Shown piece by piece: positions 13,150 to 25,652 of a stretch of 64,000 bases of DNA. Numbering within the stretch: position 1 is the first letter of the stretch; every line of letters starts with the position of its first letter. Origin of the DNA: Mobula hypostoma. Lineage: Eukaryota. The DNA is taken from positions 206,958,001 to 207,022,000 of the forward strand of contig NC_086097.1 in assembly GCF_963921235.1 (NCBI RefSeq), given 5' to 3'. Under the pieces are notes generated by a model. The model searched no databases. It had not been told where the DNA came from and saw nothing but the letters and a program-made list of their open reading frames with translations. The position numbers and the translations under genes are program-made.

Positions 13150-16100
13150 CTGCATCTCAACAATAGGTTGGAGATCAGGAGCTTAGTAACATGGTGGCAT
13201 CACATCAATCTTTCCCTCAATGGCAGCGAAGCAAAAGTGTTTGCCATTGACATTAAGAAGGGGTGTGGTACACATGCTCCTGCCTATGTCAATGGTGTTA
13301 AGGTAGAATGAATTGAGAGTTTCAAGTTCCTAGGAGTGAACATTTACAATAATATGTCCTGGTCCAACCAGATAGTTGTCATGTCCAAGAAAGCTCACCA
13401 GCAACTCTACTTCCTCAGCAGGCTAAAGAAATTTGGCTTAACAATTTTTATCAACACACCATAGAAAGCATTGTATCTGGATGTAACATGGCTTGGCATG
13501 GCAAATGCTCTGCCCATGACCACAAGAAACTGCAAAGAGTTGTAGACACAGCTCAGAAGATGACAGAAACATCACAAATCGGACACCCCCCCCCCCATGG
13601 ACTCTATTTCTCACTGCCTCAGTGAAGCTGTCAGCATATTCAAAGACCTGACCCAGACATTCTTCCTTGTCCTCTCTTCCATTGGGAAACAGATGCAAAA
13701 CCCTGAAAGCATGTACCGCAGGATTCAAGGACAGCTTCTACTCTGCTGTTGTAAGACTATTGAATAGTTTCCTGGTCCACTAAGTTGACAGGGGGATGGG
13801 AACCCACACAGAAAAGAAGAGAGAAGTGATGCAGAGACCAAAGCTAGAGTTAGTGAAGAAAAAAGTAAGAGTAGAGTGCATAAAAGTAAAAAGCAAAAAT
13901 TGCATAGGTCACTAGATTCTAAAAGAACACTTTATCTAAATGCCCATAGTATTAGAGACGAGGTTAGTGAACTTTTGGCACAGATCAGTAACAAGGCATA
14001 TGATTTAGTAGCCATTACAGAAACCTGGTTGCAAGATGGAGACGACTGGGAATTAAATATCGAAGAGTATCAGCTAATACGGAAAAGTAGGCAGGAAGGC
14101 AGACGAGGTGGGGTGGCGCTCTTGATTAGGGATGAGATCAGGGCGATTGTGAGAGACGATATAAGATCTATGGAGCAGAATGTTGAGTCCCTCTGAGTAG
14201 AGATTAAGAATAGTAAAGGGAAAAAAAAATCACTGGTGGGTGTTGTCTATAGGCCACCTAATAAAAATATTGCAGTGGCAGAGGCGATTAACCAAGAAAT
14301 AACTGAGGATTGTAAGAATGGAACGGCAGTTGTCATGGGGGATTTTAACTTCCACATAGATTGGGTGAATCAGGTTGGTCAAGGAAGTTTTGAGGAGGAC
14401 TTCATAGAATGCATCCGTGATGGCTTTCTTGAGCAGCATGTTAGTGAACCTACAAGGGAAAATACTATCTTAGATCTAGTCCTGTGTAATGAGACAGGTA
14501 AAATTAACATCAGGGATCCTCTTGGAAAGAGTGATCATAGTATGATTGAATTTCGCATACAGATAGAGGATGAAATAGTTAGATCTAAAACTAGTGTATT
14601 ATGCTTGAACAAGGGAGACTACAACGGGATGAGGGAGGAGTTGGCTAATGTGGATTGGGAGCACAGGCCATTTGGTAGGACAGTTGAGGAACAGGGGAAT
14701 ACTTTCAAAGAGATTTTTCACAGTGCTCAACAAAAGTATATTCCAGTCAAGAGTAAGGGCAATAAGTGTGGGGAGAGCCAGCCTTGGATAACTAAGGAAA
14801 CAAAAGATAGTATCAAATTAAAAACTCGTGTACAAAGTCGCAAAAGGTAGTGGGAGACTGGAGGATTGGGAAAACTTTAAAAAGCAACAAAGAATAACTA
14901 AGCAAGAAATAAGGAAAGGAAAGATAGAGTATGAAAGTAAATTAGCACAAAATATAAAAACAGCTAGCAAATATTTTTATAAATATATAAAGCGGAAAAG
15001 GGGGCTAGAGTCAATGTAGGTCCCTTGGAAGACAAGAAGGGGAAATTGATATTGGGTGATAAGGAAATGGCTGAGGCATTGAACGATTATTTTGTGTCGG
15101 TCTTCATGATGGAGGACACGTCTAATATGCCAAAGAAGGGTGTTATGGATGAAATGGAAGGTGAAGACCGCGATAAAATCACTGTCACTAAAGAGATAGT
15201 GATGAGCAAACTAGGGGACCTGAAGGTAGGTAAGTCCCCTAGACCTGATGGGATGCATCCCAGGGTGCCGAGGGAATTGGCGTAGGTTATAGTAGACACA
15301 TCAGTAATCATTTATCAAAATTCTCTAGACTCTGAGCAGGTCCTGGCGTATTGGAAGACAGCAAATGTCATGCCACTTTTTAAAAAAGGATGTAGGCAAA
15401 AGACGGGCAACTATAGGCCAATTAGCTTAACGTATGTAGTCGGGAAAATGCTTGAAGCTATCATTAAAGAAGAAATAGTGAAACATTTAAAAAGGAGTGG
15501 TTCCATTAGACAGACGCAGCATGGATTCAGAAAGGGTAGGTCCTGTTTGACAAATTTACTGGAGTTCTTTGAGGACATAATGAGTGCAGTGGATAGGGGG
15601 GAACAGGTGGATGTTGTATACTTGGATTTCCAGAAGGCGTTCAATAAGGTGCCACACAAGAGACTTATAAATAAGACACGGATGCATGGAGTCGGAGGAA
15701 GTGTATTGGCATGGATAGTGGATTGGTTAACTGATAGAAGGCAGAGGGTTGGTATAAATGGATGTTTCTCCGGTTGGCAGTCAGTGGTGAGTGGGGTGCT
15801 GCAGGGGTTGGTGCTGGGCCCGCAGCCGTTTACCATTTACATTGATGATTTGGAAGAGGGGACTGAGTGTAGCATAGCAAAATTTGCTGATGACACTAAA
15901 CTGATTGGAAAAGCAAATTGTACAGAGGATGTGGAGAGTCTGCAGAGGGATATAGATAGGTTAAGTGAGTGGGCCAAGGTCTGGCAGATGGAATACGACA
16001 CTGGTAAATGCGAGATCATCCACTTTTGGAAGGAATAATAGAAGAGCAGATTATTATTTAAATGGTGAAAGATTGCTGCATGCTGTTGTGCAGGGGGACT

Positions 16101-17035
16101 TGGGAGTGCTTGTGCATGAATTGCAAAAAGTTGGCTTGCAGGTACAACAGGTTATTAAGAAGGCAAACAGAATGTTGACCTTCATTGCTAGAGGGATTGA
16201 ATTCAAGAGCAGGGAGGTCATGCTGCAACTATACAGGGTACTGGTGAGGCCACACCTGGAGTACTATGTGCAGTTCTGGTCTCCATACTCGAGGAAGGAT
16301 ATACTGGCTTTGGAAGCAGTGCAGAGGAGGTTCACCAGGTTGATTCCAGGGATGAAGCGGTTAACCTATGAGGAGAGATTGAGTTGCCTGGGACTACACT
16401 CTCTGGAGTTCAGAAGAATGAGAGGGGATCTTATAGAAACATACAGAATTTTGAAAGGGATAGATAAGATAGAAGTAGGAAAGTTGATTCCATTGGTAAG
16501 TGAGACTAGAACTAGGGGACATTGCCTCAAGATTCAGGGGAGAAGATTTAGGACAGAGATGAGGAGAAACTGTTTTTCCCAGGGAGTGGTGAATCTGTGG
16601 AATTCTTTGCCCAGGGAAGCAGTTGAGGCTTCTTCACTAAATATATTTAAGATGCAGTTAGATAGATTTTTAGATAATAGGGGAATTAAGGGTTATGGGA
16701 AAAAGGCAGGAAGATGGAGCTGAGTTTACGGACAGATCAGCCATGATCTTATTGAATGGCGGAGCAGGCTCTATGGACTAGATGTTCTACTCCTGCTCCT
16801 ATTTCTTATGTTCTTGTGACCCTTTATCTCACAATCTATCTTATTATGATCTTGCATCTTATTCTCTCCCTGCACTGCAATTTCTCTGTAGCTATGATAC
16901 TTCATTCTGTATCATGTAATAATTTTACCTTGTACTACCTCAATGCTCTGTGCAATGACTTGATTTTTATGAATCATATGCACGACAAACTGTTTAGTCT
17001 GTATCTTGGCAAATGTGGGAATAATAAACCAATTA
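13150..17035 (+). mobile_element. Rex1/Babar-type LINE 3' part (13150-13789 and 16817-17035) split by a CR1 insertion
   Basis: ESFKFLGVNI and KKAHQQLYFLSRLKKFG motifs at 13310-13440; 3' UTR-like sequence ending AATAATAAACCAATT resumes after the CR1 tail. Confidence 0.75.
13790..16816 (+). mobile_element. CR1 LINE with near-complete ORF2 (APE endonuclease plus RT), inactivated by stops and frameshifts
   Basis: YLNAHSI, AITETWL, GVVYRPP, VMGDFN, LDLVL, GKSDH; RT YRPISLT, YLDFQKAFNKV, AKFADDTKL; C-terminus RPHLEYYVQFWSP; CTTATGTT tail. Confidence 0.97.
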
Positions 17036-17461
17036 CAATTACAATTCATATCAGTTAGCCAAGCTGTCTGGTTAATGATCAGCACTATTCTGGTGTATCT
17101 AGGAATTATTTGCCTCAATCAGTGAACAAGGATTTTTAGTAACAAGCTTTGAAGAAAAAGTGAGCTTAAAAAGAATCTGATCCCTTTGCCTGGAGGAGAA
17201 TGATTACTATACACAGCTGACACTGTGTACCTAAATCTGTTCTTTTTGATGTAAATTCACACTTATTGTGATTTTGGAGTTGACTTCCGATCTGAGTTAT
17301 GTTACTCTAAAATTTGAACTGAATGCTTCTAGTCGTGAATCATGATTATGTTTGACAATGCACACCGAATGATGTCTTATTCCCACTCTCCACGGTGCTG
17401 GAAAATTAGTACACATGGATCTAATGTTCCAACTGATGGATACATTTAGAACAACATTTAG

Positions 17462-17597
17462 AGTCCTGATGATGGGTCTCAACCGGAAATGTCAACCATT
17501 TAATCTTTTCCATAGATGCCGCCTGGCCTGCTGAGTTCCTCCAGCATTTTGTGTGCGTTGCTTGGATTTCCAGCATCTTCAGATTTTCTCTTGTTTG
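17462..17597 (+). repeat. Penelope pseudo-LTR with degenerate minimal hammerhead motif
   Basis: AGTC CTGATGA TGGGTCTCAACCG GAAA TGTC followed by GATGCCGCCTGGCCTGCTGAGTTCCTCCAGCATTTTG. Confidence 0.75.
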
Positions 17598-18291
17598 TGA
17601 AAGTCCTAACGGCACTGCTTTCACTGCAACAGCTCAATATATAGAACCACACGGAACTGATTCCCAGTGTTACTCTGGGAAGCCAGCTCAGATAAACCCT
17701 GCAACTAAATCAACAGCAAAATACACTTTATAAACGGTAGGCCAAGTTAACTGACCATGATTCCTAGTCTAGAATATCATAAGGAAACATGGTATGTCAA
17801 CAACCTTTCCCAAAGACTATAAGATGAAAAATCCTGTGAAACGAGTCATTAATACTGCAAAAGGCCAACATTAGGACTCATTATGCCCATCAGGTTGCTG
17901 CCAATCTGAGGAAGGAATGGGAAGGGGCTGGGAGGTGATGGGTGTATACATGGAGGAGATGATGAAGAGATGGAACCAGATGAGGGAGGGAATGAGAGGG
18001 ATGAGTGTTTCCACTAACAGACCAAGCACAGATCAGAAGAACAACATCTCATACCACTTAGTCAGCTTATAACAAAATGAAGTGAATATTGAGTTTTCGG
18101 CTTTCATAATTATTCCAATAGTGCTCTGCTTCTACTCAGCAAATAATTGTACAAGGGAAGGGCAGAAATGAAGCTGGTAGATAATTGGTGGAATCATATG
18201 GGGAGGGAATGATGAGCAGATGGAACCAAGTATAGTGGGGCTGGTGCAGAGAATGCAGGGGCTAGGGAAGGAGATGTAAACTAGTGATCAG

Positions 18292-19116
18292 ATAAGACCA
18301 GAAGACACTGGAGCAGAATTAGCCACATAGCATATCGAATCTGCTCTAATATTTCATTGTGACCGATTTATTTGCCTCTCAACCCTATTTTCCTGCTTTC
18401 TCCCCATAATGTTTGACACCCTGATCAATCAAGAACCTATCAACCTCTGCCTTAAATATACTCAATGGCTTGGATTCCACAGCCATCAGTGGCAATGTAT
18501 TCCACAGATTCACACCCTTTGGCTAACAAAGTTGCTGTTAAGCTCCATTCTGAGGCTGGGCCCTCTGGTCTGACACTTGCCCTCTATAGGAAACATCCTC
18601 TCCAAATCCACTCTGTCTAGGCCTTTCAGTATTTGAGCGGTTTCAATGAGATCCCAATCATTCTTCTAAACTATAAGAAGTACATGCCCAGAGCCATCAA
18701 AAGCTCCTCATATAATAACCCTTTCAACCCTGGAATCATTCTCGTGAACCTCCTCTGGATCCACTCCAATGCCAGCACATCTTTTCTTAAATAAGGGGCC
18801 CAAAACTGCTCCCAATACTTCAAGTGTGGTCAATGCCTTATAAAGCCTCAGCATCACATCCTTCTCATGTATTCTAGTCTTCCAGAAATGAATGCTAACA
18901 ATCCATTTTCCTTTTTTACCACCAACTCTATCTGCAACTCTATCTTTAGAGAATCCTGCACAAGAACTCCCAAGTCCCTTTACACCTCGAATTTGAATTT
19001 TCTTCCTATTTAGAAAATTGTTTACACCTTATTCCTTGTACCAATGTGCAAACCATACACTTCCCTACACGATACTCCATCTGGCACTCCTTTGCCTATT
19101 CTTCCAATCTGTCGAA
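18292..19116 (-). mobile_element. CR1 LINE 3' fragment, decayed
   Basis: Reverse complement of the CR1 C-terminus (CCACACTTGAAGTATTGG, GAGGTTCACGAGAATGATTCCAGG) with CTTAT tail. Confidence 0.85.
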
Positions 19117-20578
19117 GTCCCAATGGAGATGGCAGAAGTTCCAGAGAATTATGTGTTGGACGCGGAGGGTGGTGGAATGGAATGTGAGGACAAGAGGAAC
19201 TCTATCCCCGGTAGGATGGTGGGAGGATGGGGTAAGAGCAGATGTGCATGAACTGGAAGATATGAGTTTGAGGGCAGCATTGATGGTGGAGGAAGGGAAG
19301 CCATTTCTTTGAAAAAGGAGGACATCTCCTTCGTTCTAAAATGAAAAGCCTCATCCTGAGAACAGATACGGTGGAGATGGAAGAAATAAGAGAAGTGGAT
19401 GACATTTTTACAAGTAACAGGGTGGGAAGAGATATAGTCCAGGTAGCTTTGAGAGTCTGTGGGTTTTCAACAGACATCACTACATAAGCTATCTCTAAAG
19501 GTAGAGATAGTAAGATCGAGAAAAGGGAGCGAGGTGTCAGAAATAGATCAGGTAATTTAGAGGGCAGTGACGAAGTTGGAGGCAAAGTTGATGAAGTCAA
19601 CGAGCTCAGCATGGGTACAGAAAGTAGTACCAATGCAGTTGTCGATGTAGCGTAGGAAAAGTTGCAGATCCCACCATGAAGCACATATTTCCCTTTCCCT
19701 CCAATTTCTGCTTTCCACAGGGATTACTCCCTACACAACTCCCTTGTCCATTTTTCCCTCCCCACTGATTTCCCTCCTGGCATTTGTCCATGCAAGCAGA
19801 GCAAGCGTTACACCTGCTCCTACACCTCCTCCCTCACTACCATTCAGAGCCCCAAACAGTTCATCCAGGTGAGATAACACTTCTCCTGGGAGTCTGTTGG
19901 AGTCATAAACTGTGTCTGGTGCTCCCGGTGTGACCTCCTGTATGTCGGTGAGACCCGACGTAGATTGGCAGAACATTTCACTGAGCACCTACGCTCCATC
20001 CACCAGAAGAAGTAGGATCTCCCAGTGGCCACACATTTAATTCCACTTCCCATTCCGATTCCGATATGTCAATCCATAGCCTCCTCTACTGTGGAGATAA
20101 GGCTGCACTCAAGTTTAAGGAACAACAGCTTATATTCCGTCTGGGTAGTCTCCAACCTGATGGCATGAACCCATCATTTTCTTGAATTTCGGCTAAAGCC
20201 CCACCCCGCCTTCACCATTCCCTATACCCATTTTCTCTCTCTCACCTTATCTCCTTGCCTGCCCATCACCTCCCTCTGGTGCTCCTTCCACTTTTTCTTT
20301 CTTTCATGGCTTTCTGTTCTGTCCTGTCGGACTCCACCTTCTCCAGCCCTGAATCTCTTTCACCAATCAACTTCCCAGCTCTTCACTTCATCCCTCCCCC
20401 TCCCCATTTCACCTATCACCTTGTGTTTTGCTCTCCCCTCCCCCCACCTTTTAAATCTACTCCTCATCTTTTTTCCTCCAGTCCTGTTGAAGGGTCTCAG
20501 CCTGAAACGTCAACTATACTTGTTTCCATAGGTGCTGCCTAGCCTGCTGAGCTCCTTCAGAATTTTGTGTGTGTTGCA
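19117..20578. mobile_element. Penelope-like element: RT C-terminal half on - strand (19117-19665); GIY-YIG endonuclease and pseudo-LTR on + strand (19666-20578)
   Basis: Minus: LRYIDNC, SYLDYISSHP, DRVPLVLTFH. Plus: DPTMKHIFP, CSRCDLLYVGETRRRL, EQQLIFRLGSLQPDGMN; hammerhead-like motif at 20479-20515. Confidence 0.9.
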
Positions 20579-20689
20579 TGTCCTATCATCTTCCTGCCCT
20601 TCCTGACAGCCTGACTGCATGCTATCTGTTTTTTTACCATCCATCCTATCCTGATCTGCATCGTGTAGATCACATTGTAGATCATGCAG

Positions 20690-22586
20690 GTGGAAGATTG
20701 AGGAGCTTTTAAAATCCAACAAAAGCAACTGAAAAGATTATAAGAAGGGAAAAGATGAAATATGAGGGCAAAGTAGCCAATAATATAAAGCAGGATACCA
20801 AAAGTTTTTTCAGTAATATAAAGAATAAAAGGGAGATGAGAATTGATATTGGACCACTGGAAAACGTTGCAGGTATAGTCATAATGGGGGTCAAAGAAAT
20901 TACAGATGAACCTAATGTGAACTTTGTATCTGCCTTCACTGTGGAAGACACTAGCAGTGTGCCAGAGGACCGTGAGTGTCGGGGAGCAGGAGTGAATGCT
21001 ATTGCTATTACAAAGGCAAAAGCTCTAGGCAAACTCAGAGGTCTTAAGGTGGATAAGTCACCTGGACCAGGTGGACTACATCCCAGATTCCTGAAAGAGG
21101 TTGCTGAAGAGATAACGAATGCATTGGTTATGATCTTTCAAGAATCACTTGATTCAGTCGTGTTTCTGTAGGAATGGAGAATTGTAAATGTCACTCCACT
21201 CTTTAAGAAGGGAAGAAGACTAAAGAAAGGGAATTATAGGCCAGTTAGCCTAACCTATGTGGTTGGAAAAGTGTTGGAGTCTATCACTAAGGATGATGAT
21301 TCAGGGTACTTGGAGACTAATAATAAGATAGGTCAAACTCAGCATGGTTTCTGTAAAGGGAAACCTTGCCTGACAAATCTGTTAGGGATCTTTGAGGAAG
21401 TAGCAAGCAGGGTGGACAAAGCAGAAGCAGTTGATATCATTTACTTGGGTTTTCAGAAGGCATTTGGTAAGGTGCCACATATGAGGCTGGTTAAGAAGAT
21501 AAAATCCTACAGTGTTACAGGAAAGATACTGGCATGGTTAGAGGAATGGCTGACGGGCAGGATGGAGCAATTAGAAATAAAGGGGCCTTTTCTGGTTGGC
21601 TGCCAGTGCTAGTGGTGTTCTTCAGGAGTCAGTATAGGAACCGCTGTTTTTCACATTGTTTATCAATGATTTAGATAATGGAATTGATAGCTTTGTGGCA
21701 AAATATGCAGATGATACAAAATAGGTGGTGGGGTAGGTAGTGCTGAGGAAGCAATGCGATTACAGAAAGACTTAGACAAATTGGAAGAATGGGCAAAAAG
21801 TGGCAGATGAAATACAGTGTTCGGAAATGTATGATAATGCATTTTGTTAAAAGAAACAATAGTGCAGACTATTATCTAAATGGGGAGAAAACTCAAACAT
21901 CAGAGATACAAAGAGACTTAGGAGTTCTTGTGCAAGACTCCCAGAAGGTTAACTCACAGGTTGAGTCTGCGGTGAATAAGGCAAGTACAATATTGGCATT
22001 TATTTCAAGGCGTATAGAATATAAAAGTAAGGAGATAATGCTGAGGCTTTATAAGACCCTGGTCAGGCCACACTTGGAATATTCTCATCAGTTTTGGGCC
22101 CCATATCTCAGAAAGGATATGTTGTCATTGGAGAGAGTCCAGATGAGGTTCACAGGGATTATTCCAGGAATGAAAGGGTTTACAGATGAGGAACGTTTGA
22201 CAGCTTTGGGCCTGCAATTTAGAAGAATGCAGGAGAATCCCATTGAAACCTACCGAATGTTGAAATGACTAGATAGGGTGGATGTGGAGAGGGCACAGAC
22301 TCAAAATTGAGGGGCAACCTTTTAGAACGGATGTAAGAAGGCATTTTTTAGCCAGAGAGTAGTGTATCTGTGGAATGTTCTGCCACAGACTGCAGTGGAG
22401 TCCAAGTCTGTGGGTAGTTTTAAAGCGGAAATTGATAATTTCCTGATAGGTCAGAGCATCAAAGGATATGGCGAGAAGGCAGGTGTATGAGATTGAGTGG
22501 GATCCAGGATTAGCCATGATGGATGGAGGAACAGATTCGATGGGTTGAATGGCCTAATTCTGCTCCTGTGTCTTATGGTCTTATGG
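20690..22586 (+). mobile_element. CR1 LINE, 5'-truncated and decayed
   Basis: KVDKSPGPGGLHPR, QHGFCKGK, YLGFQKAF, RPHLEYS; CTTATGGT tail. Confidence 0.95.
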
Positions 22587-23449
22587 GTCAATGCAGGTTC
22601 AATTTTCTTTTTGTTTTAAATGTGACACACATTAAAGCTAATTGTTTCTCTTTTACTGAACTGGGGATGGAAGTCAAAATATGAAAATACTCAAGAATTA
22701 TTGTACATTCCATCTGTTCACTTAACAGTAACACTAGTTCCATGAAAAGGAAAGCAGTTCTTGGGAAATTAAGAGTCTGAAAAAGAGAAGTGTATTTATT
22801 TTCAAAGTGATGGTTTGAGCCATCCTAGGTAAAATCAGTGTGCAAAAAATTTCAATTACAAATACCACAGGTGTATTACAGTCTCATATTTACTGGGGAT
22901 TATTCCCTGTGGGAAAGTTGGATGTAGAGTCAGTACTGTCAGTGAATTCGTATGGAAGCATCCAACCTGCAATTGATAGTATAATACAGTTTCTGTTAAG
23001 TAGAAAAGATGGTGTAAAAGGCTGATATTGTTGCAAGCAGAGTTCAATTTGACATAAATCACAAAGAAAATAAAGTACACTATTAGATTATAACCAAATG
23101 TCCAGCAAGCTCAAAAAGACTTGCAGGGAAACTGAAAGAATTGATCAGTATATCCTCTACAATACATAAACTTTTATTTGTGGGTATCCTCTTCTCTCAA
23201 TGTTTTGTAGTGTTTTTGAATTTGCTGCCAAGATACAGGAATATTTGCAACATGTGACTATAATTCATAGATAATATTTCCTGAAATTCTTCTAAATTTC
23301 ATAGACCCTCACAGGAGGAACATCAAATGTTTTGTTTTATTTGTTATATTCAAATAATATTACATTGTCTATTGAGTGAGTAACACAGAGACAATATACA
23401 AACACAAAACCTATCCTAACAGACCATAGATCCCGTGATTAAAAGAAAT

Positions 23450-23818
23450 GACATTACTATGAAATATTTTGTTAGACAAAAAGCATATGCTCTTGGAAGA
23501 GTTCATAATTCTTAACAACAGTAAAAGGTAGATCAAAATAACATTTAAAAAAACTAAATCAAATCAATATGTGGTGTGATCACCCTTTAAAATGGCATCA
23601 ATTCTCTTAGGTACACTGTTCTGCAGTTTTCTCAGAAAATTGGCTTGTAGGTTGTTCCAAGCATCTTGGTGAATTTACCACGGTTCTTTTACAGACTTTG
23701 GTTGTCTCACTTCCTTCTGTCTCTCCAGATAATCCCAGACAGCCTCAATGATGTTGAGACCAGCTCTGTGAAACCATATAAAAATCAAGGGTGCCTAAGG
23801 CTTTACACAGTACTGTAT
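23450..23818. mobile_element. Tc1/mariner non-autonomous remnant
   Basis: Right end ...TTTACACAGTACTG|TA resembles a Tc1 TIR plus TA; internal AAATCAAATCAATATGTGGTGTGATCACCCTTT is Tc1-like; left end uncertain. Confidence 0.6.
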
Positions 23819-23843
23819 CAGCCTAAACCAGAAAAACACATAC

Positions 23844-24867
23844 AAAATACTAGAGGAAGTCAACAAGTCAAGCAGAATCTATGGAACGGAATAAGCAGTT
23901 TTGGGCTTTATTTCGCTACCATGAATGATGGTACTGAAAATAATGGACAGTTGGCATTGATGTAGATCACCACACTCATCTTGGCACTGGTACAATCAAT
24001 GCCTTTCTGAAGCAGGTGGTAACCTCAGATCGCAGAAGTAAGATTTTGAATATCTGTACATACACCACCCTGTTGGTCCACACTGATCTTCAGTTCTCAG
24101 CTAGGTAGACTGGATGAGCTGCTTTTTGTGAGTTAGTCTTCTTGAAGGATGCCCAAACTGAGGCTACAGGTCCTGCAGAGATTGGAGGCTTGTGTGGGTG
24201 TGCTGCCTGACCTGTTGAGACCCTAAGAAAGCATGTGTAAAACTCATTGAACTTATCAGGGTGTGATAGGTTGTGGCCACTTACGCTACCCAGTCTCAGC
24301 TTGCTGAAGGTAGCATTATAGATGCCATGCAATAAAAGTCGAGCACTCCATCCATGATTCCAGTTTGGTCCAAAATTGCTTCTTTGTGCTGATAAGGGCT
24401 TTCTGGGGTCATACTTCAATTTCTTATATGACTCTGAGTTACCAGACTGAACCATCACAGATCTAGTACTCAGCTGATAGTGAATCTCCTGGTTCACATA
24501 AGATTTCTGATTGAAGAAAGCTATGGGTACACACATATCCGTGTGAAGTTAAGTGGAGTTCATATGACTGAAAACTGTGCTCTACATAGACTGTTACATT
24601 AATTGATGATTTATTTATTTTTGTTACAAGTGTATTAAGACTGCTTACACTCTCATGTTCTTTGTATCTGGCAGTCAAGGTTCTGAGGTTACCACCTACT
24701 TCAGAAAGGCATTGATTGTACCAGTGCCAAGATGAGTGTGGTGAACTGCATCAATGCCAACTGTCCATTATTTTCAGTACCATCATTCATGGTAGCGAAA
24801 GGAAACCCAAAACTGCTTATTCCTTTCCATAGATTCTGCTTGACCTGCTGAGTTCCTCCAGTATTTT
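23844..24867. repeat. Inverted repeat with ~186 bp arms (23844-24029 and 24682-24867) and a ~650 bp spacer
   Basis: TAATGGACAGTTGGCATTGATG...GGCACTGGTACAATCAATGCCTTTCTGAAG is the reverse complement of 24699-24770; the match extends through the pseudo-LTR part. Confidence 0.92.
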
Positions 24868-25129
24868 ACACCATTAACACTCTAATAACACTGAAATCCC
24901 CCAAATCCTTTAATTCTGCCTGCATCTGAGAAAACATCAGGTTTTTGCTCTATTGCTTGGTTGAGGTCCAAGAAAACCTATCCATCCCATTTGGCAATTT
25001 TTCCAGACATTATTCTCATAAAGCGCTTTTCACAAGTGTGATCTTTGAAAATAACTCTAGATTCTCGTGAAGGCTGCATACTCTCAAAGCATTTACTTCA
25101 GAGTTTCAGCTGACCTTTTGTTTCTTGTT

Positions 25130-25652
25130 TGAGGCAATAAAGGCGAACCCAAACGCCGGACACAGGCACGGAGGTTGAGGGGATGCAGACGCGGGTGTGA
25201 GCGTTGAATGGCAAACAGGAGGGAGTGCAGGAAAGCAGGAGGCAAGCCAAACTTACCTTGACACAGAGCGTAGAAAGGAAAGCGGCAGACAAAACTTTTC
25301 TTAGCGCGGGGAGACAGAATTACACAGGTAAACCTCGGTGCTGAAGTAAAACTTAGAATAACTTATCTTGACACGGAGAGACTGAGTTTCACAGGTAAAT
25401 CTCGGTACTGAAGCAAAACTTAGAACACACAGTCCTAAGCGGCCGGGAAACGTTAACTACCACACTGGCAAAACCAATGATCTGGCAACTAATGGGTACA
25501 AAGCCGGGGTTCTTATGCTGCAGGTCTTGATGAAAACCAGGTGTGACGCCATCAGAGGAAATTAAGAGAAAATGGGGAATTAACAGTCAGAACCATGGCA
25601 CAATCAAAGAAAATTAGGAGAAAATGGGGAATTAACGGTCAGGACCATGACA
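25130..25652 (-). repeat. Chromovirus 3' LTR (TG...CA) preceded by a polypurine tract
   Basis: Minus strand GAGGGAGGTGAG|TGTCATGG...; homologous to the truncated 5' LTR at 32782-33010. Confidence 0.85.
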
